Shown one piece after another: positions 38,084 through 47,779 of a DNA stretch of 64,000 nucleotides. Position numbers and translations under genes: made by a program. The notes beneath the pieces were generated by a model, which saw nothing but the letters and a program-made list of their open reading frames with translations, did not search any database and was not told the DNA's origin. The stretch is taken from NCBI GenBank assembly GCA_965652925.1, contig CBFGXL010000002.1, positions 4,881-68,880 of the forward strand. The letters run 5' to 3'. How positions within the stretch are numbered: the stretch's first letter is position 1; each line of letters begins with the position of its first letter. The DNA is from an uncultured bacterium (lineage in GTDB: Bacteria; Patescibacteriota; Minisyncoccia; Phycocordibacterales; UBA918).

Positions 38084-40078
38084 TTAAAGGTCTGTGATTT
38101 TCTTCTGAGAAGTAGTGGCAAACTCAAATTCTTCCACGAACCATTCATCAAAGTGGCGTGAGAGGTATTCTGAACCCTCGACACTCAAATGATCGTCATC
38201 TCTGTAGAGTAACAGTCCTTCTTCCTGCAGATAATTGATACACTTATCGTTTGGACAGATCGCTTCATAGGGATCATACACATGCACATTTTCATACTTC
38301 TTCTCTACGTTTACCAGTAGATTGCGCACCTTCTCGGAGCGCTTCATATCTTCAGATTTTTTTACCGTGCAATACTTCCCCAAGATTACACATGATTCAG
38401 GACCCGAGGTGAAAACCGGCGTGGGCGCTATGAATATAATATTGATGTCATTGTCTACTTCCTGGATATATGCATTTAAATTTTCATGGATAAGCTCCTC
38501 ATTGTACTGCTTCTGATCTAAGTAGAGAGAGACAACGTAGTAAACTTCGGCAAAAGTTTTTTTAATATTGTCCAACTCTGCAGATCTCTCCGAGAGTATG
38601 GCTTTCTCAATATCATCTTCTCTACTGTCTGTGAAAATTTCGCGGGGAAATGTCCTGAAGTACAAATTTTCTACCGCATCAGTATTGTTGAACATGGGTA
38701 CAAAATGCATTGCATGACTATCGCCCGTGAGAAAAAAGATACTACCCTCGTTTGTCTGCTCCAAACACTCTTTTTTTAGCCCGGCTTGCTCAGTTGAGCT
38801 CCCTTTTGCGGCGCATACCTCCTCAACCCTGGTCCCATTGATCTCGAAGTTCGGCTGAATCCTTTCACCCAGACTGAAATTCTTTTCGATATAGTTAAAA
38901 GAAGCTAGCCTGCTATCCAATGAGTTCAAACTTTCGTTGACCACTTTTTTTGAATTATTAAATCCGTATACCCCCACACCAATCGAGAACACGAGCAATA
39001 TCAATACGCCCAGAGCTCCAAGGTACTTCAACTTCTGATCCAGGAAAACAGAATATCTGAGTGGCTTTTCAACTACATAATAGGAAAGTAAGGCAAAAAC
39101 AATGACGGCAGTAACTGATACAAGATAAAATACAGTATCAGTGAGGTACAGATTAGCAAAGTAAATCACCGGCAAATGCCATAAGTACAGTGAGTAAGAA
39201 ATTTTGCCGGCGAAAACCAAAACCTTAGTTTCAAGCCACGCGACTACACCACTCACCCGGTTAATACCAGCATATATAATTCCCGCAGTACCAAGCGTGA
39301 TACCCAGAGTTTCAATATATAGGTTGTTTGTGTATGGTTGCAAAACAAGTACAGCAAGAACAAGGAGAAGCGACAACAACGCCAGCACATTAGTTTTTTG
39401 AGGCAGCGATCTACCTTGAGTTAAGAAGAACAGAGCACACCCTATTCCCAGTTCCCAAAAACGTGCGGTGGGGAAATAAAAATTAGAAAAGATCTCGTGT
39501 GCATGTGAGGCAAAAATTAAATAGAGAATGAGCGATAAACCACCTATAGCCCAGAACAACCACACCAGATTGAGCTTGCGACTACGCATATAGTAAAGAC
39601 CAAGTGCCAACAACATGGGATACGCAAAATAAAATTGTTCTTCCACGCCCAATGACCACGTATGCAGCAAAGGATTGATTAGGTCTTGCGCAAAGTAATC
39701 ATCCCCGTGATGCAAAAAATAAAGATTTGATACAGCGAATATTGACGAAATACTACTCTTTATAAAAAGATTCGTGTCCCAAAGAAAACCGACCAAGATA
39801 TACCCGACGGTTGTGGCACTTACCATCGTCAACAGGGCCGGATAAAGCCGCTTAAAACGCTTCTGGTAGAACTTGCCAATGTTGATCTTCCCTGTTCTTA
39901 AGTAGTCCTGATACAGAGATTGGGAAATTACGAAGCCGGAAATAACAAAAAATACATCTACTCCCAAGTATCCAGATGGAAAGAAAGTTGGTTGCAGGTG
40001 GAAGAGTATAACGAGAATAACGGCGACCGCCCGCAATCCATCAATATAAGGCTTGTATTTAAGGTCAGTTTCAAGCAT
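38084..40078 (-). CDS. O-acyltransferase, acyltransferase-3 + SGNH (OafA-like)
   Basis: IDGLRAVA, GYLGVDVFFVISG, HTWSLGVEEQFY, SYSLYLWH, GDSHA, DDDHLS. Confidence 0.93.
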   Translation of the reverse strand: MLETDLKYKPYIDGLRAVAVILVILFHLQPTFFPSGYLGVDVFFVISGFVISQSLYQDYLRTGKINIGKFYQKRFKRLYPALLTMVSATTVGYILVGFLWDTNLFIKSSISSIFAVSNLYFLHHGDDYFAQDLINPLLHTWSLGVEEQFYFAYPMLLALGLYYMRSRKLNLVWLFWAIGGLSLILYLIFASHAHEIFSNFYFPTARFWELGIGCALFFLTQGRSLPQKTNVLALLSLLLVLAVLVLQPYTNNLYIETLGITLGTAGIIYAGINRVSGVVAWLETKVLVFAGKISYSLYLWHLPVIYFANLYLTDTVFYLVSVTAVIVFALLSYYVVEKPLRYSVFLDQKLKYLGALGVLILLVFSIGVGVYGFNNSKKVVNESLNSLDSRLASFNYIEKNFSLGERIQPNFEINGTRVEEVCAAKGSSTEQAGLKKECLEQTNEGSIFFLTGDSHAMHFVPMFNNTDAVENLYFRTFPREIFTDSREDDIEKAILSERSAELDNIKKTFAEVYYVVSLYLDQKQYNEELIHENLNAYIQEVDNDINIIFIAPTPVFTSGPESCVILGKYCTVKKSEDMKRSEKVRNLLVNVEKKYENVHVYDPYEAICPNDKCINYLQEEGLLLYRDDDHLSVEGSEYLSRHFDEWFVEEFEFATTSQKKITDL

Positions 40079-40124
40079 GGGGGATGTGATGACCCCAACA
40101 CTATAGCACGGAAGGCTCAGTAGA

Positions 40125-41783
40125 TTATCGAATCGAAATCTTCCCTTGTTCTTTCAGGTAGTCGATCACTGCCTGCGCATGTTTTTCAGGAGTACCATCT
40201 GAAGTGTCGATGGTAAGTTCCGGTTGCACAGGTACTTCGTACGGATCGCTGATACCAGTGAATTGCTTGAGAATACCTTTTCGAGCTTTTTCATAGAGCC
40301 CTTTTACATCACGCGCCTCACATACCTCAAGTGGAGTTGAAACATGCACCTCGACAAAGGTTCCATACTGTTCAACCAGTTCTCGTGCTTTTTCTCGCGC
40401 TTGAGCATATGGCGCAATGAGGGCACAGACAGCAATACCGCCATGCTTCGTAATCTCACTTGCCACATACCCTACACGCTGCACGTTAAGGTCACGGTGC
40501 TCTTTAGAGAACCCAAGCTCTGACGTGAGGTGGTTACGGATCACGTCACCATCAAGCAACGTCACCTCTCTGTCCTGAATTTCGAGGAGTTTCGTTGCAA
40601 GGATTTTTGCAAGTGTTGACTTTCCTGATCCAGAGAGGCCCGTGAAGAAAACCGTCACACCCCTCCGTTTTTGTTTTGCAACACCTATCTGCAACTCTGC
40701 GATACTCTCAGGGAATGAGAACCACGAAGGGATCTCCTCTCCTGCAAGGAGCATACGACGAAACTCTGTACCAGAAATGTTTGCAAACTCCTCCCCTTCT
40801 GTAAGTTCATCAGTACTTGCGTATGCATCACGGCTGGGTACATAGGCAAGCTCGTCACTTGAAACCACCTCGATGCCGATCTCTTGCGCATACTTGAGAG
40901 CATTCTCTCGAGCTTCATATGGTCCGTAGAACGGTTCACCTTTGCTATTCTTCCCCGGACCTGCGTGATCGCGTCCCACGATGAAGTGTGTTGCGCCATA
41001 ATTCTTCCTCACAATCATGTGCCAGAGTACTTCACGCGGACCTGCCATACGCATTGCGAGTGGCAGAAGTGAGAGAAAGGTGAAGTCCTTTCCGTATTTT
41101 TCACACACGACGCGATACGTATGCACACGGGTGATATAGTCAATATCACCCTCTTTGGTCATACCAACCACAGGATGCACCAAAACTGGAAGACCTGTCT
41201 TTTCGTGTGCGCGCTTCACAAGCTCGAAGTGTGCACGGTGCATTGGATTGCGCGTCTGAAATGCGACAACCTTATCCCAACCTTTTTCTTTAAAAACGGC
41301 TTTGAGCTCTACTGGTGTATAGCGATACTCTTTGAAGTCATGGCGTGCTTCAAGTTGTAGCTTATGAATGGTTCCGCCGATATAGAGGTCGTGCATCTGG
41401 TTCATCACATACCGCACCCCTGGATGCATAAGGTCATCAGTACCGTAGACTCCTTCCACTTCAGTCTCTTTATTGGGCGCATACCGAGACTCGATATCCA
41501 TAACGGCAAGCGGATTGCCATACTGGTCGCACAATACAATCGACTCTCCCACTTCGAATTCAGCACTATTAGGAACATCAAGCACAATTGGTATCGGAAA
41601 GAGCGTACCATCGGAGAGACGCATTTCTTTGACAACTCGATGGTAGTCAGCTTCATTCATAAAACCGGTAAGCGGAGCGAATCCACCCACCATGAGCATC
41701 TCGAGGTCAAAAAGCTGTCGATCTTTGAGGTTATATCGTTTTAGACTAAGTGTAGTTTGAATTGAATAGGCGGCCTCTGACAT
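40125..41783 (-). CDS. sat/cysC: Bifunctional sulfate adenylyltransferase / adenylylsulfate kinase (PAPS synthase)
   Basis: AFQTRNPMHRAH, MRMAGPRE, HFIVGRDHAG, GLSGSGKST, LLDGD, RDVKGLY, FTGISDPYE. Confidence 0.96.
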   Translation of the reverse strand: MSEAAYSIQTTLSLKRYNLKDRQLFDLEMLMVGGFAPLTGFMNEADYHRVVKEMRLSDGTLFPIPIVLDVPNSAEFEVGESIVLCDQYGNPLAVMDIESRYAPNKETEVEGVYGTDDLMHPGVRYVMNQMHDLYIGGTIHKLQLEARHDFKEYRYTPVELKAVFKEKGWDKVVAFQTRNPMHRAHFELVKRAHEKTGLPVLVHPVVGMTKEGDIDYITRVHTYRVVCEKYGKDFTFLSLLPLAMRMAGPREVLWHMIVRKNYGATHFIVGRDHAGPGKNSKGEPFYGPYEARENALKYAQEIGIEVVSSDELAYVPSRDAYASTDELTEGEEFANISGTEFRRMLLAGEEIPSWFSFPESIAELQIGVAKQKRRGVTVFFTGLSGSGKSTLAKILATKLLEIQDREVTLLDGDVIRNHLTSELGFSKEHRDLNVQRVGYVASEITKHGGIAVCALIAPYAQAREKARELVEQYGTFVEVHVSTPLEVCEARDVKGLYEKARKGILKQFTGISDPYEVPVQPELTIDTSDGTPEKHAQAVIDYLKEQGKISIR

Positions 41784-41902
41784 GGAACTTAAGTTTCTTA
41801 TTGATTACGTGTAGTACAACTATACCGAAAGCGAAAAGTTGCGCGAAATCATTCCAACATGAACCATTTGGCAACTTTCGTAGGTTATAGTATACGAATA
41901 TT

Positions 41903-43153
41903 ATGCCTATTGACCACCTTTTAACCTCTTTAAGCAGGAAGCTGAAACTGGATTTGCATTACTTTGCAAAAGGAGGTTTTTGGCTTCTAGTTGCACAGGG
42001 TGGAACTATTATTGGTTCACTGCTAGGAACTATTGTCTTTGCCAATATCCTTACCGAAGAAAGTTATGGAATCTACCGCTATTTGGTTGCTCTTGCTGTT
42101 TTGTTTAGCACTTTTTCTCTGACGGGAATTACTCAGTCAGTGTTGCAAACAGCAGCAAAAGGCCATACAGAATTTTTTCCTTATGCAATACGAATAAGTC
42201 TTATATACAATCTTGGCACAACTATCACAGGGCTCGGCGGATCGATCTATTATTATATAAACGAAAATTTTCTTCTCTCGACTGGGTGTATCTTAATTGC
42301 AATCTTCCAACCTCTAATAGCATCATTTCAAAACACTACTCCTCTACTCCAAGGACTGAAGATGTTCAAACAATCTGCGTTATTGCAGATTGTTAAGACA
42401 ATGGTAATTACAATAGCTGGAATTATCACGGTCTATTTTACAAAGGATGTGGTAATACTTTTTCTTGTTTTTCTTTTTTCACAAACTTTTGCAAACGTAG
42501 TTGGCTCCCTTTTTTTTATTATCAAAAATGTCTCGAGTGCTGAACTTAGAGAAGATATAAAGAATCGTTATTTAAATTATGCTCGACATTTAAGTATTCA
42601 AAACATAATTATTGGCATCTCCACTAGGATTGACAATGTCATTGTATTTCAACACTTAGGAGCTGCAAATCTTGCACTCTTTAGCATTGCAACAGTAATT
42701 CCAGATCAGATAAAAGGTGCGAGCAAAAATCTTGTTACACTTTTGATTCCAAAATTTGCTAAACATTCATCACTCGAAGAGGTGAAGTTAAAAATACCAA
42801 AGAGAAGCATACAACTATTTATTGTGCTGTTTTTGTGCAGCGCCCTTTTGATATGTATCATTCCATTTATCTATGAAGTGTTTTTCCCAAAGTACATAAA
42901 AGCTATCCCATACTCTCAGCTTTTATTGCTTTCCCTACCTGCTTCTATATACTTTGTTCCACTAACTGCTCTACAGTCACATCTCAAAGACAAGGAACTA
43001 TATTTGCTTAATGTTTATTCAGCAATGTTTCAAATATTAGTAACCTTGGTGTTGATTTATGCACTGGGCTTACTCGGAGCAATAGCATCGAGAATCATAT
43101 CTAGATACTTTCAGACTGTATTGACTTTTGTCATTATTCAGAGAACAGATTAA
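41903..43153 (+). CDS. wzx: Wzx-like polysaccharide flippase
   Basis: Polytopic hydrophobic 416-aa protein; YGIY near N-terminus, RIDNVIV..LG, LGLLGAIAS. Confidence 0.82.
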   Translation: MPIDHLLTSLSRKLKLDLHYFAKGGFWLLVAQGGTIIGSLLGTIVFANILTEESYGIYRYLVALAVLFSTFSLTGITQSVLQTAAKGHTEFFPYAIRISLIYNLGTTITGLGGSIYYYINENFLLSTGCILIAIFQPLIASFQNTTPLLQGLKMFKQSALLQIVKTMVITIAGIITVYFTKDVVILFLVFLFSQTFANVVGSLFFIIKNVSSAELREDIKNRYLNYARHLSIQNIIIGISTRIDNVIVFQHLGAANLALFSIATVIPDQIKGASKNLVTLLIPKFAKHSSLEEVKLKIPKRSIQLFIVLFLCSALLICIIPFIYEVFFPKYIKAIPYSQLLLLSLPASIYFVPLTALQSHLKDKELYLLNVYSAMFQILVTLVLIYALGLLGAIASRIISRYFQTVLTFVIIQRTD

Positions 43154-43779
43154 ATTTTTGTCTTTGAATATACGACCAAATATCCAAGGGGAATTTTTTC
43201 AGTTAAGCTTCTATACTTCCTTGAAATTTTATTAAGGGATCTATCCAATGAAACTACAATTTTTTGTAAGGAATTACGCAAAAAGTTAGTCGGTACAGCG
43301 TTGCGAATAAGCTGAAAAAAAAGTGAGAGTGGCCCAAAACCTAAGGGGTATATATTTTCAACACTCAAAGCATATTTCTCTGCCAATCGTCTATAAGCTG
43401 AAACGGTATACCTTAAATAGTCATCAGGTGACCCATGTATGTGGTACATAAATGGTGCCGCAATTACAATTTTGCCTCCATTTTTCACACAACGAACCTG
43501 CTCACTGAATACATTTTCAAATTCAAATACGTGTTCCATAACATTCAAACAAATTGCATGGTCGTATGAAGCATCTTCGAAGGGAAACCTCTTTTCTATA
43601 TCTACAAAGAAATCTGGTTCGCACGCATTATCAATATTAATTACGGTAAAACTATGTTCACCTTTAATGAGTTTATGATATCCGGACCTTTTGCTTCCCC
43701 CAACGTCAAGAATGCTACCCTCTAACTGCAATTCTCCTATTAGTCGATATTCTTCATTGCGAATGATTGAGTAATTCAT
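43150..43779 (-). CDS. Class I SAM-dependent methyltransferase
   Basis: ILDVGG, FPFEDASYD, NVMEHV, HGSPDDYLRYT. Confidence 0.88.
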   Translation of the reverse strand: MNYSIIRNEEYRLIGELQLEGSILDVGGSKRSGYHKLIKGEHSFTVINIDNACEPDFFVDIEKRFPFEDASYDHAICLNVMEHVFEFENVFSEQVRCVKNGGKIVIAAPFMYHIHGSPDDYLRYTVSAYRRLAEKYALSVENIYPLGFGPLSLFFQLIRNAVPTNFLRNSLQKIVVSLDRSLNKISRKYRSLTEKIPLGYLVVYSKTKI

Positions 43780-44567
43780 TGAGTTTTCTTAACAGCTTTT
43801 ATAATAAATCGATGAGGGTTTGAGAGGTTTACTTTTTCAATGGTATGATCGCTAAACTTAGATATGAATTCCTCTGCATCTTTAATCAGATCAGCATGCA
43901 CCTCCCCAATGTAAGCATCTGCAAATTCAAGCGGGTTACTGTCACCGAAAAGAGCCTCTTCCGCTCCCTCAATGTCAAACTTAATGATATTTGCTCGATC
44001 AGTATTACATATACGTAGAAGTGATTGAAGTGTGTGGACAGGTACAGAAACGATATTCTTGACATCCGAACGGGATTTGAAAGAATTGCCAAGACTACTT
44101 GCAACGATATTCAGATCGGCAAAACCATCTTTTTCAGCAACACCCGCTTGGATTGGAGTTATTTTTGAGATGCCTGAGGTATTTTTCAGGAGTCTTTTAA
44201 AAGTTTCCGGTGCTGGCTCAACTGCGTAAATGTGCGCATCAGGGTACTTTAAATGATAGTACAAAGTTGTATCACCAAAGTGGGCCCCTAGATCCAGAAT
44301 AACCTTGGGTTCTGCTCCAAAATCCCAGTTGTACTCACCTAAAAGAAAAACCTCACTGAGTGCTGCTAAGTCAACAATTGACTCAATATAAACATTAAAA
44401 GGTTTATTCAAATAGATTAAATTAAAGCGCATTTCTTTACCACGCAAAAAAGTTTTACGAGTAAGAGCGAAGTACCACAGCTGTAAAATGAGAATCACCG
44501 TACGCAAGTACGAGCCTCCTGAAAAGGCGCTGGCAAGCCTTGGTATTAAATTAAAAAGTATGTACAT
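43776..44567 (-). CDS. FkbM-family methyltransferase
   Basis: ILDLGAHFG, AVEPAP, IIKFDIEGAE. Confidence 0.9.
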   Translation of the reverse strand: MYILFNLIPRLASAFSGGSYLRTVILILQLWYFALTRKTFLRGKEMRFNLIYLNKPFNVYIESIVDLAALSEVFLLGEYNWDFGAEPKVILDLGAHFGDTTLYYHLKYPDAHIYAVEPAPETFKRLLKNTSGISKITPIQAGVAEKDGFADLNIVASSLGNSFKSRSDVKNIVSVPVHTLQSLLRICNTDRANIIKFDIEGAEEALFGDSNPLEFADAYIGEVHADLIKDAEEFISKFSDHTIEKVNLSNPHRFIIKAVKKTQ

Positions 44568-44582
44568 AATTAAAATTACATC

Positions 44583-45059
44583 TTAATCGATATTCTTTAT
44601 CACACGTGCTGGAACACCCACTGCTACAACATTTGCAGGAATATCTTTTGTTACGACGGCACCAGCACCAATAACGCTATTTGCCCCAATCACTACCCCG
44701 GGATTAATGATCGCCCCTGAACCAATCCAAACCCCGTCATTGATAAGTACTCCTTTCTCAAAGTGTGCACGATCTTCCATCTTTTTTGTGTAATCTAATC
44801 CAGTGGTATTTATAACAACAAATGGTGAGATATGAACATGACTACCAATAATTATTTCAACACGTCCATTTAAAAAACAACCAGCATTTATTGATGTGTC
44901 TTCACCAATGCTAATTTTTTCGGGTGAAATAACTGTAATGGCTCCTAAAATTCTACTTCTCTTTCCAAACGAACCAAATACTATTGAGTACCCAAACGTA
45001 CGAAGCCATTTCATCCTCCCTAAATACTTTAAACGCAAGAATCTTACAATGGAATTCAT
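44583..45059 (-). CDS. Hexapeptide-repeat sugar O-acetyltransferase
   Basis: VWIGSGAIINPGVVIGANSVIGAGAVVTKDIP..GVPARVIK. Confidence 0.92.
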   Translation of the reverse strand: MNSIVRFLRLKYLGRMKWLRTFGYSIVFGSFGKRSRILGAITVISPEKISIGEDTSINAGCFLNGRVEIIIGSHVHISPFVVINTTGLDYTKKMEDRAHFEKGVLINDGVWIGSGAIINPGVVIGANSVIGAGAVVTKDIPANVVAVGVPARVIKNID

Positions 45060-45065
45060 TTAAAT

Positions 45066-45869
45066 TTATTGCTTAGAGATTAAAAATAACTTAAAGAGAT
45101 CATACCCCCCATCGACCCACTTTTTGACGGAACGGGTGCTTTGGTTCTTTTCGATAAGGGTTCGAAAAAGTATATCTAAACTTGGTCTATAAAAGCCAGT
45201 AATTGCAGAATACTGCTTTGTGTACCCTGCCCGGGCAACCTCGTTCATTGTTTCTTGAGTGAAATATCGAGCCGTACCGAACGGATACGCAAAATCTGTA
45301 ATTTCAATGCCGAGCTCTGATTCGAGCTTGCTCTTATCGCCCAATACCTCTCCGTATACTTCTTTTGCGGTAAGGAGGGCGAGATTTGGATGGGTAACTG
45401 TATGCCCCCCAACACTATGTCCTTCTACAACCAGTTGATGCGCCCCATTCCACGTAAGCGGCTTTTTGGGAGAAATAAGCAACCTGTCGCGCATGTACAC
45501 CTCAATTTTTTGTTCGTCATGTGCAATATCAAGTAGGGTTGAGTTTATAAAAAATAACCCTTTGAGGTTGAATGATTCCAAAATCGGTAAACAAGTATCT
45601 ATCCATGATTGATACCCATCATCGAATGTGAGGAGGATATTGATCCTGTTCTGATTGAATTCTTGATTATGAAATTGTGTTGGAGTAATTACCGTGTAGT
45701 TTTTAACGAGCATTCCGACAACTTCTTCAAACCACTTTTTGTCAGAAACGTCATGGAAACACAGCACACGCACGAGTGGACCTTTTCTCCTTTTAATTTT
45801 CTGATACACAAAAGTAACTCCTGATATGGAGATAACAGATACAAGAAAATCTCTTATTATATGTTTCAT
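45066..45869 (-). CDS. Polysaccharide deacetylase (NodB/CE4)
   Basis: LTFDDGY, GGHTVTHPNL, FAYPFG; ATG 45869 overlaps the upstream stop. Confidence 0.9.
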   Translation of the reverse strand: MKHIIRDFLVSVISISGVTFVYQKIKRRKGPLVRVLCFHDVSDKKWFEEVVGMLVKNYTVITPTQFHNQEFNQNRINILLTFDDGYQSWIDTCLPILESFNLKGLFFINSTLLDIAHDEQKIEVYMRDRLLISPKKPLTWNGAHQLVVEGHSVGGHTVTHPNLALLTAKEVYGEVLGDKSKLESELGIEITDFAYPFGTARYFTQETMNEVARAGYTKQYSAITGFYRPSLDILFRTLIEKNQSTRSVKKWVDGGYDLFKLFLISKQ

Positions 45870-46696
45870 GATATTCCCCACTCTGTATTAAGATCACGAT
45901 CCAGAAGTCCTGATAGTTTTTTTGTGTCTTCAACAAAATACTTTGCGAGCTCTTTGGTATCAATTTCTTTTCCAAGATCTGTATTTTTTGTATTAAGAGA
46001 ATGTATGAAATCTGGAAAACCAGTCTTACGTATTGTATGTACAAATTTGTCTAAGCCAATCCCTCTTAAGTATTCTGCACTGTAGTGCATGACTCTACCA
46101 AGAAATATACTTTTGGGGACTCGGGCAATGTTTACTTGCGAATAGAGCATAGAAGCTTCAAACTTGTCATCAACACCAAGAAATTGGTATATTCTTTTCA
46201 TAAACGTTTTTGGGTCTTTCTGTATATCTTCATAGATAAGTACCAGAAGCTGCCCTTTTGGAAAGAACGTGAAATATCGTTGCAGTTGTTCAGAATAACG
46301 ACCTTGTTCTACGACACTTTTTTCTTGCGCCATAAACGCTTCAAACGAAACAGTCTCTGTGATCTCACCGGACTTGATAGAATTTTTATATTGAGAAATT
46401 GCGCGATCCACTGGGTTGCGAAGAATGGCAATAAGTTTTACCTCTGGATACATCTCTTTAATACGAGGAGGTGCCTCTTTGCTAAACAAGTACGAGGTTG
46501 AGAACTCACCTTTTTTTAAGCCCACTTTGCAATTTTTAAAATGTGCTTCATACCACTCCCGTCCTTCCTTAAACCGCGGCCTGCTGAAGAAATGAATCTC
46601 TTTTATAGGGGCGCATATTTCTGGATGCTCATATAAACATGCGTATACCCACGAGGTCCCCGACTTCTGTGCACCTAAACCGATAAAATTGATCAT
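45866..46696 (-). CDS. PAPS-dependent sulfotransferase
   Basis: 5'-PSB motif GAQKSGTS, KEIHFF, 3'-PB motif ILRNPVDRAIS. Confidence 0.93.
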   Translation of the reverse strand: MINFIGLGAQKSGTSWVYACLYEHPEICAPIKEIHFFSRPRFKEGREWYEAHFKNCKVGLKKGEFSTSYLFSKEAPPRIKEMYPEVKLIAILRNPVDRAISQYKNSIKSGEITETVSFEAFMAQEKSVVEQGRYSEQLQRYFTFFPKGQLLVLIYEDIQKDPKTFMKRIYQFLGVDDKFEASMLYSQVNIARVPKSIFLGRVMHYSAEYLRGIGLDKFVHTIRKTGFPDFIHSLNTKNTDLGKEIDTKELAKYFVEDTKKLSGLLDRDLNTEWGIS

Positions 46697-47724
46697 ATGT
46701 TGAATATACGGTGTGTAAACGTATCAAGACTGTGCGCAGCAATTACTTTTTCTCTAAGCTTCAACCGAAGATATGAGACATCTTCATTTAAAAGCTTGTG
46801 TATCACACCAGCATAACGTTCGGGGGTTGGATTTTCCAGATATAATCCATCACTCAGCAAAAGATCAACAAACGCCTTGTTACCGGTCACCGGCACGCAG
46901 CCGCACAAAGATGACTCAAGAACAGTCTTGTCCATACTGTGAGTCATTGAAGTGTTCAAAAAGACTGAAGCATTTTGATATATATGTACTAACTCTTCCT
47001 GCGTTTTCGGTCCAGTAAATTTTATGTGGTCACTAACATTTTCGGAAATACATTTTTCCTTTAATTGCGAGTAGTAGATGTCATCATCCCTATAAGGGCC
47101 AATAACAGTAAATTTAAGATCACTATTTTCAGATAAAAGTATTTTTGCCGTATCTATAAAATCTTCAAGGTGCTTCACTGGCATTATTCTTCCCACAAAA
47201 ACAACCTCCTTTTTTCTATTACTTTGACTCCCAAAACTGAACAGTTCAGTATCAATAGCCTGTCCAACAATTCTTTTCTTTTTTGTTTTCACAGCAAAAC
47301 CAGTCTCAGTAGAAGTTAGGACAGTATCCACAAACAACAATCCGAGTCTCGCAGTTATGCTTATATATCCATGAGCTTTCCACCAATAAAATCTTGTCCC
47401 AAACAACGTGCGAACAAAATAAAAAGGCGCGCCGATGATGTTATAAATTGCGCCCATGTGGTAGAAAACATATTCAACTTTTGACACAAAAAATACACGT
47501 GCAAAATACTTGTAAAATCTAAATAGATATTTGATCTTGCTCTCTCCTCCCTCTTTCCCGAGCGAATACACATACACATGAGGAGGGAAAGAAAAAACTC
47601 CTTTCTGTAGGCAGATGATGTGGACCTCATCAAAATGTTTTGCAAACTCTTCTATCCACCGATGAAAAAAGCCCAATATGGGATGGTTTTTATCTACCGC
47701 CTGCGTACAGATAAGAAGCTTCAT
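46693..47724 (-). CDS. Glycosyltransferase family 4
   Basis: FVGRIMPVK, HSMDKTVLES. Confidence 0.88.
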   Translation of the reverse strand: MKLLICTQAVDKNHPILGFFHRWIEEFAKHFDEVHIICLQKGVFSFPPHVYVYSLGKEGGESKIKYLFRFYKYFARVFFVSKVEYVFYHMGAIYNIIGAPFYFVRTLFGTRFYWWKAHGYISITARLGLLFVDTVLTSTETGFAVKTKKKRIVGQAIDTELFSFGSQSNRKKEVVFVGRIMPVKHLEDFIDTAKILLSENSDLKFTVIGPYRDDDIYYSQLKEKCISENVSDHIKFTGPKTQEELVHIYQNASVFLNTSMTHSMDKTVLESSLCGCVPVTGNKAFVDLLLSDGLYLENPTPERYAGVIHKLLNEDVSYLRLKLREKVIAAHSLDTFTHRIFNI

Positions 47725-47779
47725 GGATTTTGAATATCCTTTATAACACGCGGGAACGCGCGACTGTTACCTTGACAGA

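Noticed and set aside
40125-41783. Dissimilatory or assimilatory sulfate reduction
   Set aside because: Sat is fused to APS kinase and sits near a sulfotransferase; no apr, dsr or cysH/I/J in the window
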